Source: Macrostomum lignano (Eukaryota). Taken from it: DNA of 64,000 bases. The notes under the pieces are model-generated. The model searched no databases, was not told the DNA's origin, and was given only the letters and a program-made list of their open reading frames with translations. The translations under genes were made by a program, and so were the position numbers. The stretch's first letter is position 1. Each line of letters begins with the position of its first letter. Of the stretch, positions 35,801 through 57,876 are shown piece by piece. The DNA is taken from the NCBI GenBank assembly GCA_002269645.1, contig NIVC01001205.1, positions 1-64,000 on the forward strand, in the 5' to 3' direction.

Positions 35801-38800
35801 TTACTGTTTGACACGAAGGCTTTTAAATGTTTAACATGGTGGCTCTTTAATGTTTCACATGATGCTCTTTAATATTTTACATGGCGGCTCTTTTATGTTC
35901 GAAATGGTGGCTCTTTAATATTCTTCTTGTTATAGCTCTTTCATGTTTGACATGATGGCTCTTTAATGTTCGAAATGGTGGCTCTTTAATGTTCAAAATA
36001 GTGGCTCTTTTATGTTCGACATGGTGGCTCTTTAATGTTCGACATGGTGGCTCTTTGATGTACGACATAATGGCTCTTTAATGTTTGACAATGTGGCTTT
36101 TGAATGTTTGACATGGTGGCTCTTTAATGTTTTACATGGTTGCTCTTTAATGTTTTACATGGTGGCTCTTTTATGTTTAACATGGTAGCTCTTTAATATT
36201 TTACATGGCGGCTCTTTTACGTTCGACATGGTGGCTCTTTAATATTCTTCATGTTATAGCTCTTTCATGTTTGACATGGTGGCTCTTTAATGTTCGAAAT
36301 GGTGGCTCTTTAATGTTTGACACAAAGTCACATATATGTTTGACATGGTGGCTCTTAAATGTTTGACATGGTGGCTCTTAAATGTTTGACATGGTGGCTC
36401 TTTATGTTTGACATGTTGGCTCTTTTATGTTTGACATGGTGGTTCTTTTATTTTTGACATGGTGGCTCTTTTATGTTCGAAATGGTGGCTCTTTTTATGT
36501 TCAAAATAGTGGCTCTTTTATGTTCGACATGGTGGCTCTTTAATATTCGAAATGGTGGCTCTTTAATGTACGACATAATGGCTCTTTAATGTTTGACAAT
36601 GCGGCTTTTGAATGTTTGACATAGAGGCTCTTAAATCTTTGACATGGTGGCTCTTTAATGTTCGAAATGGTGGCTCTTTAATGTTCGACATGGTGGCTCT
36701 TTACTTTTAGACATGGTGGCTCTTTAATTTTCTTCATGGTATAGCTCTTTTATGTTAGACATGGTGGCTCTTTAATGTTCGACATAGTGGCTCTTTAATG
36801 TTTTAAATTGTGGCTCTTAAATGTTTGTCATAAAGTCACATATACGTTTGACATGGTGGCTCCTAAATGTTTTACATGGTGGCTCTTTTTTGTTCTACAT
36901 GGTAACTCTTTTATGTTTGATACGGTGGCTTTTTAATGTCTGACATGGTACGGCTCTTTAATGTTCTACATGGTGGCCCTTTAATGTTCGACATGGTGGC
37001 TCTTTACTTTTAGACATGGTGGCTCTTTAATGTTCGATATGGTAGCACTTTAATGTTTGACATCATGCCAGATTTATGTTTGACATGGTGGCTCTTTTAG
37101 GTTTGACATGGTGGCTCTTTAATGTTAGACATGGAGGCTCTTTAATGTTTGACATGGTGGCTCTTTAATGTTAGACATGGTGGCTCTTTAATGTTAGACA
37201 TGGTGGCTTTTTTATGTTTGACATGGTGGCTCTTTTATGTTCGAAATGGTGGCTCTTTTTATGTTCAAAATAGTGGCTCTTTAATGTTCAAAATGGTAGC
37301 TCTTTAATGTTCGAAATGGTGGCTCTTTAATGTTCGAAATGGTGGCTCTTTAATGTTCGACAAAGTGGCTCTTTAATGTTTGACATGGTGGCTCCTAAAT
37401 GTTTGACATGGTGGCTCTTTAATGTTTAAAATGGTGGCTCTTTAATGTTCAAAATGGTAGCTCTTTAATGTTCGAAATGGTGGCTCTTTAATGTTCGAAA
37501 TGGTGGCTCTTTATTTTCGACATGGTGGCTCTTAAATGTTTGACATGGTGGCTCCTAAATGTTTGACATGGTGGCTCTTTAATGTTTAAAATGGTGGCTC
37601 TTTAATGTTCGAAATGGTGGCTCTTTTATGTTCGAAATGGCGGCTCTTTAATGTTCGACATGGTGGCTCTTTAATGTTCGACGTGGTGGCTCTTTAATGT
37701 TTGACAAAGAGTCACGTATATGTTTTACATGGTGCCCATGTAATGTTTGACATGGTGCCTCTTTTATGTTTGACATTGTGCTTTTTTATGTTTAGCAGTT
37801 TCGTGTATTTAAGGTGTTTTAATAAAAAAATTATTTTTCACTACTAAGATTCGAACCCAGGTCGCTACGTTGGCAGTCCAGTCTGTTCGTATCTTTTTTC
37901 AATTGGAGAACATGAATTGTGGCCCTTATAATTCAATTCTTACAGCAAGTCAATTAGAGTAAAAAGTTATGACATAATCAATTTATCAGTCAGCCAGTAC
38001 CAGTCTCAGTTCAAGTTAGCAATATTGGTTACGCAATTTAAATCAAGTCGTGTGTGCATTTCTTCGACACTGTTTTCAACTTGTTGTGATGCAATCTTTA
38101 TCAGAATTGAAATTCAGTCAGTCAGGTTTTTCTCTAGCATTCTTACAATGCATTTCAAGTCGAAAATTTTGCTTGACCTTTGCAAAAAAAGCATGTTTTT
38201 CGAATATTTAATCCCTTTAAAATTGAGCAATTTCTTAGCCAAGATGCATGTACCGTCCCAGGTAAATTTCTGATCAAATGGTGCAAGTTTGAAGAAAATC
38301 GGTTGAGCCAATTTTTCTGAAATCTATCGCATACCTACCTACCTACCCACATACAGACAACTCATTTTTAGTATATAGGATCTTTTGGCGAAAACACGAT
38401 CAAAATCGGTGAAGAATTGCAATCTCTAGAGCGTTATGGACATTCAAGCATACAAACCTTAGAGATTTAGTATATTTAGATTTTTTAAAATGGTCCACAC
38501 TGCGAATGACCCATCTCCCATGACCCATATTGCCAATGACCCATCTCCCATGACCCATATTGCCAATGACCCATCTCTTATGACCCATATTGCCAATGAT
38601 CCATCTCCCATGACCCATATTGCCAATGACTCATCTTTCATGACCCACATTGTAAATGACCAATCTCCTATGACACACATTGCGAATGACCCAAATTGCG
38701 AATGACACAAAATGCGAATGACACAAAATGTGAATGACACAAAATGCGAATGACACAAAATGCGAATGACACAAAATTCGAATGACACAAAATGCGAATG

Positions 38801-41800
38801 ACACAAAATGCGAATGACACAAAATGCGAATGACACAAAATGCAAATGACCCATCTCCCATGACCCAAATTGACATGAACCATCTCCAATGACCAGCATT
38901 TGTAATGACACCATTCTGCAATGACCAGCATTTGGTAAAATTCTGCAAAACAATGCAATGCAACAAAGCTTCATTTCTGTCCCATTTCAGGATCGAATAA
39001 AGAACGAGATTCGCTCGGCAACCATCTATGTGAAATACTTCTTGGAAACCGGTGCCCGACTTTCAATTGTGAGCTTCAGCGCGACAGCTCGGGAACTGCA
39101 AACGCTGCTGAAGGTCACGGATGACTCAGTGAGAGAGCAGCTGGCCAAGAAAATTCAAAGCTTGGCGGCGGGAGGATCGACAAATATTTCTGGAGCCATC
39201 TACGAGGCGATGTCTGTAAGACCAAAATTTTTTGTCGGGATAAGTTCTCTATGGTTCAAATTGGGTCAAATGATGCTGGATTCCCACAATGTACAAGTTT
39301 TGGTAGTTTAGAATGTAGGGAATGCAAGCATTGAAAAGAGTGCAGGGAGTGCAGGGAGTGCAGGGAGTACAGGGAGTGCAGGGAGTGCAGGGAGTGTAGG
39401 GAGTGTAGGGAGTGTAGGGAGTGCAGGGAGTGTAGGGAATGTAGGGAGTGCAGGGAGTACAGGGAGTGTAGGGAGTGTAAGGAATGTAGGGAGTGCAGGG
39501 AGTGCAGGGAGTGTAGGGAGTACAGGGAGTGTAGGGAGTTCAGGGAGTGTAGGGAGTGCAGGGAGTGTAGGGAGTACAGGGAGTGTAGGGAGTGCAGGGT
39601 GTAGGGAATGTAGGGAGTGCAGGGAGTGCAGGGAGTGCAGGGAGTCCTGTGGACTGCAGCAGTGCGAATGTCGTGAAGTGCCTGAGGACATCACTGACCA
39701 GAAGAGTCGCACCCGACCTACTCCGCATCAAAACGCAGATCCTCGGTGCCACCGCTCCGTACACCAAGTCGCAGACTGGTTTCGTAGTTCTGATCACGGA
39801 CGGCGAGCACAACACAGGCCCGAACTTGACTGTTGCTATCGAACAGGCTGCTAAGACCAGCATTGTATTTGACACCATCAGCATCAGCAGATACGCTGAC
39901 GAGAGAATGGCCCGTCTAGCTAACCTGACCAACGGGCGCAGTACGTTCGTGTCGGAGAACACTCCCGCGAATGTTGAACTGGAGGTCTCCTTTGCAGATC
40001 TGGTGAAGCGGAGCGTTGGAGGCGGCGAGAATGCCGTTCTGGTGAGTTTTGAGAGACTCAGAAGGATAACGGCCTCTAGTAAGTGACTCAGAAGAACAAA
40101 GAGCTCCATTAGGTGACTCAAAAGGACAAAGACCTCCATTAGGTGACTCAAAAAGACAAAGACCTCCATTAGGTGACTCAAAAATACAAAGACCTCCATT
40201 AGGTGACTCAAAAGGACAAAGACCTCCATTAGGTGACTCAAAAGGACAAAGACCTCCATTAGGTGACTCAGAAGGACAAAGACCTCCATTAGGTGACTCA
40301 AAAGGACAAAGACCTCCATTAGGAGACTCAAAAAGACAAAGACCTCCATTAGGTGACTCAAAAAGACAAAGACCTCCATTAGGTGACTCAAAAGGACAAA
40401 GAGTTAGAATAAGTGACTCAGAATGCTAAAGACATTTTTTCTTCCGACTTTCGCAGCTTCAAACGTCCGCAATCACATTGCCAACCACAAGCGGCTCCGT
40501 GTCAGTGGGGGACACGGACATTCTGTACTTCATGATTTCCCTGCCAGGTACGACTTTGTCCACGGTGAACTTCACGGCTACCAGTCCTACAGGGACTGTC
40601 TATGGCAGGTTCAGTCCCGACCCCGGTGTGTACCAAATCGATACAGCCGTCAACACCATAGTGATCAAGATCCCTCCGCATGAAGTTGTGGTAAGTGAAG
40701 CTTATAAATTCTCATTACCATAATTTTTCGTAAGCTCAGATGAGAATTCTCAAGATTTTATATTTTAATACATGAGCAGCCGGGGACCTGGAACTGGTGG
40801 CTGACAGGAGCCAGCACTAGTGGAAGAAGAAAACGGAGTGCCGAGGAACTGGTGAGAACTGCCTGTGTCCGGTGTCTAACACAGTCCCATGTCTAACAGT
40901 CTCCGTGTCTAACAGTCCCGTGTCTAACAGTCTCCGTGTCTAACAGTCCCCGTGTCTAACAGTCCCGTGTCTACCAGTCTCCGTGTCTAACAGTCCCGTG
41001 TCTAACAGTCCTCGTGTCTAACAGTCCCGTGTTTAACAGTCCCGTGTCTAACAGTCTCCGTGTCTAACAGTCCCGTGTCTAACAGTCCCGTGTCTACCAG
41101 TCTCCGTGTCTAACAGTCCCGTGTCTAACAGTCCCGTGTCTACCAGTCTCCGTGTCTAACAGTCCCGTGTCTAACAGTCCCCGTGTCTAACAGTCCCGTG
41201 TTTAACAGTCCCGTGTCTAACAGTCACCGTGTCTACCAGTCTCCGTGTCTAACAGTCCCCGTGTCTAACAGTCCCCGTGTCTAACAGTCCCCGTGTCTAA
41301 CAGTCCCGTGTTTAACAGTCCCGTGTCTAACAGTCTCCGTGTCTAACAGTCCCGTGTCTAACAGTCACCGTGTCTACCAGTCTCCGTGTCTAACAGTCCC
41401 GTGTCTAACAGTCACCGTGTCTACCAGTCTCCGTGTCTAACAGTCCCCGTGTCTAACAGTCCCCGTGTCTAACAGTCCCGTGTCTAACAGTCCTCGTGTC
41501 TAACAGTCCCGTGTTTAACAGTCCCGTGTCTACCAGTCTCCGTGTCTAACAGTCCCCGTGTCTAACAGTCCCCGTGTCTAACAGTCCCGTGTTTAACAGT
41601 CCCGTGTCTAACAGTCTCCGTGTCTAACAGTCCCGTGTCTAACAGTCACCGTGTCTACCAGTCTCCGTGTCTAACAGTCCCCGTGTCTAACAGTCCCCGT
41701 GTCTAACAGTCCCGTGTCTAACAGTCCTCGTGTCTAACAGTCCCGTGTTTAACAGTCCCGTGTCTAACAGTCCTCGTGTCTAACAGTCCCGTGTCTAACA

Positions 41801-43817
41801 GTCCCGTGTCTACCAGTCTCCGTGTCTAACAGTCCCCGTGTCTAACAGTCCCCGTGTCTAACAGTCCCGTGTCTAACAGTCCCGTGTATAACAGTCTCCG
41901 TGTCTAACAGTCCCGTGTCTAACAGTCCCGTGTCTACCAGTCTCCGTGTCTAACAGTCCCTTGTCTTACAGTCCCATCTCTAACAGTCCCATCTTTAACA
42001 GTCCCCGTCTCTAACAGTCACATGTCTAACAGTCTTCAAAACCACTCCTATCAGCTCCTGATTCGTCGCGCTCGAAGTACATCATCTGGCAGCCTCATCG
42101 TGATTGGTGGAACCGGTAGCGCCAATTCCACCGTGCTGCTGGACACCTGGCTGCGAGTCTCCAGTTTTCCGCAGGTGAACCAATTCAGCGTGCAGAAGAT
42201 CTACGCCTACGTGACCAACAACAGCGCGCCTTTGACGGGCGCCATTCTGGAGGCCATGGTGGCGCCGTCAAGTGGGTCTCCTTTCACTGTCCAGCTCAAA
42301 GATGACGGGCTCGGTGAGTGAAGTTCATCTGTTCCAGGAAGAGTGATGAAAGGGCTTGAATTTGCTTCCCTATGAGTGTTTGAAACCGCCACAATTCCTT
42401 AAACAGGTGCCGACCTAACGGCCAACGATGGCATTTACGTGGCTCTCGTTCTGCCCGAGAAAATGACCTCGCAGGGTGACTACGGAGTGACGGTCACGAT
42501 GACGTCACCCGTAAGTCGCACGTCTACGGCCGGCAAGTTTCGCGTGGAGAATGTGGCCGCAGCGCCAGTGACTCTGCCACCGGGCCGCATCACGGATCTG
42601 GCCGTGGAAAGCTCGGTGAAGCATCAGTACGTTCGAGTTCGCTTCACCTCGCCTGGCAACCAAGCCTACGAAGGAGTTCGTGAGTGAACTACTCGTAACT
42701 GAGTTTAAATATGCAGGTTTTCAGGATGTTAGGGGCAACATTAGACACGGGGGAATTAGAGGCGACATTAAACACGGGGGGAATTAGGGGTGACATTAGA
42801 CACGGGGGGAATTAGGGGTGACATTAGACACGGGGGGAATTAGGGGTGACATTAGACACGGGGGAATTAGAGGCGACATTAAACACGGGGGGAATTAGGG
42901 GCGACATTAGACACGGGGGGAATTAGGGATGACATTAGACACAAGGGGGAATTAGGGGCAACATTAGACACGGGGGGAATTAAGGGCGACATTAGACACG
43001 GGGGAATTAGGGATGACATTAGACACAAGGGGGAATTAGGGGCAACATTAGACACGGGGGGAATTAGGGGCGACATTAGACACGGGGGGAATTAGGGGCA
43101 ACATTAGACACGGGGGGAATTAGGGATGACATTAGACACGGGGGGAATTAGGGGCGACATTAGACACGGGGGGAATTAGGGGCGACATTAGACACGGGGG
43201 GAATTAGGGGCGACATTAGACACGGGGGGAATTAGTGATGACATTAGATACGGGAATTACAGATCATATTAGACTCGGGAATTACAGGTGACATTAGACA
43301 CGGGGAATTTACATGAACAAGAGAAATCAAGTGTAGAGTGAAGCTAAAAGAGACAAAATGCACCCGGCACCCCGCAGCGGCAGCCTACGAGATCCGAGCG
43401 TCGAACTCATTCGACCAGCTGACAGCAAACTTCTCCTCCTGCGCCCTGGTCGGCCGGATTACTGGCCAGCCGGCCGGTTGGCCACTGCAGTTCGACCTTC
43501 GACCGGAGAACCTGACCGCTATTCGCATCAACGTCACCTTCTTCCTGTCGGCAGTCGCCGTGTCCACCACCGGCGTGTCTGGGGAGCCGTCATTTCCAAT
43601 GGGCGGCGTCCTGACTTATCCGGCTATTCAAGCTGGAGGCGAAGAAGTCGTCCAGACTGAGCCGCCGCCAATCAGGACCGACGAGTCGGACAAGACGGAT
43701 GCGCCGGAGCAGCAGGAGAGCCAGTGGACGCCCGAACTGATCGCTGGTGTCGCGGTGACAGCCGTTGTCAATGTAGCCGAGTTCGTTGCTATTGTACTGG
43801 TGGCTGTCAAATTCTGA
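23892..43817 (+). CDS. CLCA: CLCA-like protein, paralogue 1 (signal peptide, degenerate MH domain, vWA, beta/FnIII region, C-terminal hydrophobic anchor), 10 exons
   Basis: join(23892-24053, 24527-24806, 26711-27270, 38991-39215, 39739-40041, 40457-40690, 40780-40851, 42055-42313, 42407-42679, 43378-43817); all GT-AG with consistent phases. CLCA motifs: AT.RR....V..LVP, WG...E, VVLVLDVSGSM, GGSTNI, VLITDGE, L.DDGLGAD..ANDGIY, PPGRITDL, FTSPG, YEIRAS. Confidence 0.93.
24125..24515. repeat. 22-bp C/T-rich minisatellite (CLCA-1 intron 1)
   Basis: Unit approximately CTCACCCCATCTCACCTCCACT. Confidence 0.9.
24870..26640. repeat. Complex ~27-31-bp minisatellite (CLCA-1 intron 2) with an internal block duplication
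   Basis: Units like CTGTCTGTCTGTCCCTGTCTCCAACCTCTCC. A distinctive block (…GACATGCCTGTCCGTGTCCCC…) recurs at 25112 and 26341. Confidence 0.93.
27377..29997 (-). mobile_element. Non-autonomous Helitron unit A (2.6 kb) carrying a 24-bp minisatellite
   Basis: Minus-strand 5' end TCCTATATACTAAAAATG at 29997. The 3' end has a GC hairpin (27393-27407) followed by CTAG (27380-27377) and a flanking T. Internal GATAGCAAGCA repeats (about 27615-27960) and a TCAAGTGCAATAATCCTTGGTTTA array (about 28075-29335). No ORF. Confidence 0.85.
29998..34738 (-). mobile_element. Non-autonomous Helitron unit B (4.7 kb) carrying 17-bp and 23-bp minisatellites
   Basis: 5' TCCTATATACTAAAAATG at 34738; 3' hairpin CCCCC-CGAT-GGGGG (about 30011-30024) then CTAG, joined directly to the TC of unit A. 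17-bp GATAGCAAGCACCCCCA array at about 30140-30425; 23-bp TTTGACATGGTGGCTCTTTAATG array at about 30570-34140. Confidence 0.88.
34199..34253 (-). promoter_or_regulatory. tRNA-derived Pol III-like cassette (A-box-like + B box) inside Helitron B; homologues at 29406-29460 and 37848-37895
   Basis: Minus strand reads GATAGCCTAGATACGAACAGACTGGACTGCCAACGTAGCGACCTGGGTTCGAATC. GGTTCGAATC is a B-box match, TAGCCTAG is A-box-like, and a T-run lies about 20 nt downstream. Confidence 0.5.
34739..38380 (-). mobile_element. Non-autonomous Helitron unit C (3.6 kb), close sibling of unit B
   Basis: 5' TC at 38380 is preceded by A on the minus strand; hairpin at about 34752-34765 plus CTAG joined to the TC of unit B. 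Unique terminal segments are near-identical to B, with the same 17-bp (about 34880-35285) and 23-bp (about 35430-37795) arrays. Confidence 0.88.
38495..38905. repeat. Adjacent 30-bp and 16-bp minisatellites (3' end of CLCA-1 intron 3)
   Basis: AATGACCCATCTCCCATGACCCATATTGCC, then GCGAATGACACAAAAT; the two share an AATGAC core. Confidence 0.9.
39340..39645. repeat. 9-bp G-rich minisatellite (CLCA-1 intron 4)
   Basis: AGGGAGTGC / AGGGAGTGT tandem units. Confidence 0.95.
40080..40420. repeat. 30-bp minisatellite (CLCA-1 intron 5)
   Basis: Unit AGGTGACTCAAAAGGACAAAGACCTCCATT. Confidence 0.95.
40880..42030. repeat. 15/16-bp minisatellite (CLCA-1 intron 7)
   Basis: Unit CGTGTCTAACAGTCC(C). Confidence 0.96.
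42735..43310. repeat. 28-bp G-rich minisatellite (CLCA-1 intron 9)
   Basis: Unit ACATTAGACACGGGGGGAATTAGGGGCG. Confidence 0.95.
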
Positions 43818-45337
43818 CAAAGTGATAAAGTGATATTGATTCGTAAAACATAGCATCGAGATTGAGATCTGAAAAAAATATTTTGGTGAGAGGCAGGAAA
43901 ACCAATTCACTGAAAAAAATTAGTGATAGTTGGCAAGGAATTATCTAAAACAAAAACGGCCCTTTTCGGGGTCAGGGCGCATATAGCTATTGCAGAGGAC
44001 AAGTTTCAGAACAACTGCCAATTATCTTTGTTTTTATTCCTTTATCTGCTTACCAGTATCCCATTTTCTTATCTATCCAATCTTCCTCATATTTTGGGTG
44101 TCGCTCGTGTCATAATAAACAAATAATTCCATTGTACATAAATTGGAATAAAAATCTGTAGTTATAACAAAACAGAACTAATTAAATATGAGAAGTTGAT
44201 AAAAGAACAAGTGTAGTATTAAAAAATAATATTGGGAACAAAGAGGGATAGTTTCATTTTTACAACTTAAAGAGGGCCTTTTAAGGACCCACATATCTTA
44301 ATATAAAAATGCTAACCAGCATTGATTTATTGATCTCTTTCGTTCTCTAATTTTTGTTATGCTCCTATTGTTTTCGAATTTATCATACCTAAATGTTATT
44401 AATTCCTGGCCTACAGCTAATCATTAGAATAGATCTGATGTGATTGATAGCTATAGTTTTATTTTAGGTGTCATCGCGGCAAATTTAAAACGGCCCTTTT
44501 AAGGCCTTAGAAAGAGAAAATTGTTTAATTATTACATTGAGTCAATCAGCTCTTTCATTTTATTTCATTTTAACTCTTTTGGAGATTTTTAATTAAATGT
44601 CTACATTATTTACTTATTCATTTTTTAAACAGAAGAGCTATAATTGTTAACATTGAAAATCATGTTTTTCGTTGCCGTTATTCAAGACTACTAAGGTTTG
44701 CCCAAGGCGCTTGTTGCTTAATTTAGAGATATACTATTTTTTAAATTTTTTCTACACTGAGTTAAAAATTAAAGCTCTGAGTTAAAAATTTCTTAAGGTA
44801 CATTTTAACCTCCCGGAGACCTGTCTGGCGGACTACTAGTATTTATAACAAATACGTCAGAATTTGAAATAATGTTACAAATAAATGACATCAGTAGCTT
44901 TGCTACCAGTAAAAGAAAACTTCTCTCTAAACTTCTATACTTTTTTCTCTTTTGCAGTTGCATTAGGAGAGTGGTAGGTGCTACAGGACTCGCAACTCGC
45001 TTAATGCGCACTTACACACACACTGTCTGTAGGAGCCTACAGTAAAAAATTGTATAGCAATTACGGGCTACAATTATAATCGCGGATCCTGCCAGGGTAA
45101 TTTATCATCTACAGTTGCTCTTTAGAACTATCGTTGTCTATACTTCTTAAGCTTATAATTCTGTCTCTCGTAAAGTCCTGGATGTCTATAGTATATTTAT
45201 TGAATAAAACTCGCTGTCTCAACTCGACAGCTACAGCTATTATTTATAAAAGTGAGCATAGACTCAAAATACGGATAAAAGACTTCGAACTTCTGAAGCT
45301 GTTCTCTGGAAAAAAAATTTGTTAAAGCGCAATTAAG

Positions 45338-56095
<10,758 letters not shown>

Positions 56096-56664
56096 CTGAA
56101 GGCTGACGTTCAGTCTTGTTAATCTTACCAAAGAGATACCATACCGATTTTGTACCGAACCGAAACTCATTCAAAACTTTATTGTTTTATATTTTATTTT
56201 ATTGAGTAAGTTTAGAAAGTAGAATAAAGCTGTGCTTATATCATGCTGTGGGACACCCTGGGGCACACTATCCTGCCCATTCCGCGCTGAGCTACTGAGC
56301 ACATGTATTCAAGCGGTCAGGCAGGTACACGCTCTCATGGCCTCATGGCTGATGTAGATACACTTGTGATAGCTTTGGTTATCTGTATGTAATATTTACA
56401 CAGAAAATCTTTTAAGTAAAATTGAAATTTGTTTTTTTACTATAAACTCTGCTTACTCTGGATTTGTTTATTTGTTTTAATTCAATTGCGATGGACCATG
56501 AAACTGTCTAAAAAAATATGCTATCCATCCAGATTTTGAATTTTACTTGCATATATGACTTTTATACTGTACTTCACAAACTTTCGTCTGGGTACCCCAG
56601 TGGCATAATGTCAATGTTGAAAACTGGGAAAAGATAAATTCCCTCCTTGAATTCCCCTTCCACC

Positions 56665-57470
56665 AACTGAGAGAATTCTCCTCGGCAACTGTGTCTGAGA
56701 AAAATCCCCTGGGCAACTGAGAGAATTCTCCTGAGCAACTGAGAGAATTCCCCTGAGCAACTGAGAGAATTCTCCTGAGCAACTGAGAGAATTCTCCTGA
56801 GCAACTGAGAGAATTCACCTGAGCAACTGAGAGAATTCACCTGAGCAACTGAGAGAATTCTCCTGAGCAACTGAGAGAATTCACCTGAGCAACTGAGAGA
56901 ATTCTCCTGAGCAACTGAGAGAATTCACCTGAGCAACTGAGAGAATTCTCCTCAGCAACTGGGAGCATTCTCCTGAGCAACTAAGAGAATTCTCCTGAGC
57001 AACTGAGAGAATTCTCCTGAGCAACTGAAAGAATTCTCCTAAGCAACTGAGAGAATTTCCCTGAGCAACTGAGAGAATTTCCCTGAGCAAATGAGAGAAT
57101 TTCTCTTTAATAAAATGTGAGAATTCTCCTCAGCAACTGAGAGAATTCTCCTGAGCGACTGAGAAAAATCCCCTGAGCAACTGAGAGAATTCCCTGACAT
57201 ACTGAGAGAAATCCCCTGAGATGCTGAGAGAATTCCCCTGAGATACTGAGAGAAATCCCCTGAGATGCTGAGAGAATTCCCCTGAGATACTGAGAGAAAT
57301 CCCCTGAGCAACTGAGAGAATTCCCCTGAGATACTGAGAGAAATCCCCTGAGCAACTGAGAGAATTCCCCTGAGATACTGAGAGAAATCCCCTGAGATAC
57401 TGAGAGAATTCCCCTGAGATACTGAGAGAATTCTCCTCAGAAATTGGGAGAATTCTCCTGAGCGGCTGAA
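56665..57470. repeat. 22-bp minisatellite between the convergent CLCA-2 and calmodulin-like genes
   Basis: Unit CTGAGAGAATTCTCCTGAGCAA, with the palindrome GAGAATTCTC. Confidence 0.95.
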
Positions 57471-57876
57471 AGAAATCCCCTCCAAGCAACAGACAAAAGT
57501 CAACGTCACAGTTGAAAAAATCTCTTTTATACCCGCAAAAGATTCCCTTGTAAGGCGGATAAGACATTCCTGAGACATTCTGGAGCGACTCCTGTAAAAA
57601 AATTCTCATGAAATTTATTAAAGCTTACAAATAAGTGAACTCGAGTTACCCGATGCTTATATAAAAAAGCGAAATCATAATTTTCAATTGAATTTGCATT
57701 TCGAATTTACAATACAATTGAAATTTGCAGTAAATAAAAATTTTTAGATCGCATTACTAAAACACGCAGAGATCGCGAATATAAAGTACTTTATGAACTT
57801 GTATTTCAGTTCGCAGTGTCATTCCCAGCAGCAATAAAATGCAAGCCTCTTGGAGAAGGCGCAGGCCTGGCGCCCC

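Noticed and set aside
42735-43310. Interstitial telomeric repeat (TTAGGG inside units)
   Set aside because: There is one TTAGGG per 28-bp unit and never tandem hexamers.
43953-44500. 14-bp direct repeat AAAACGGCCCTTTT (43953 and 44487) as TE ends
   Set aside because: Direct rather than inverted, with no TSD or other element structure.
56665-57470. Heat-shock element array (GAGAATTCTC)
   Set aside because: GAA and TTC are adjacent, without the 2-nt spacing of nGAAnnTTCn.
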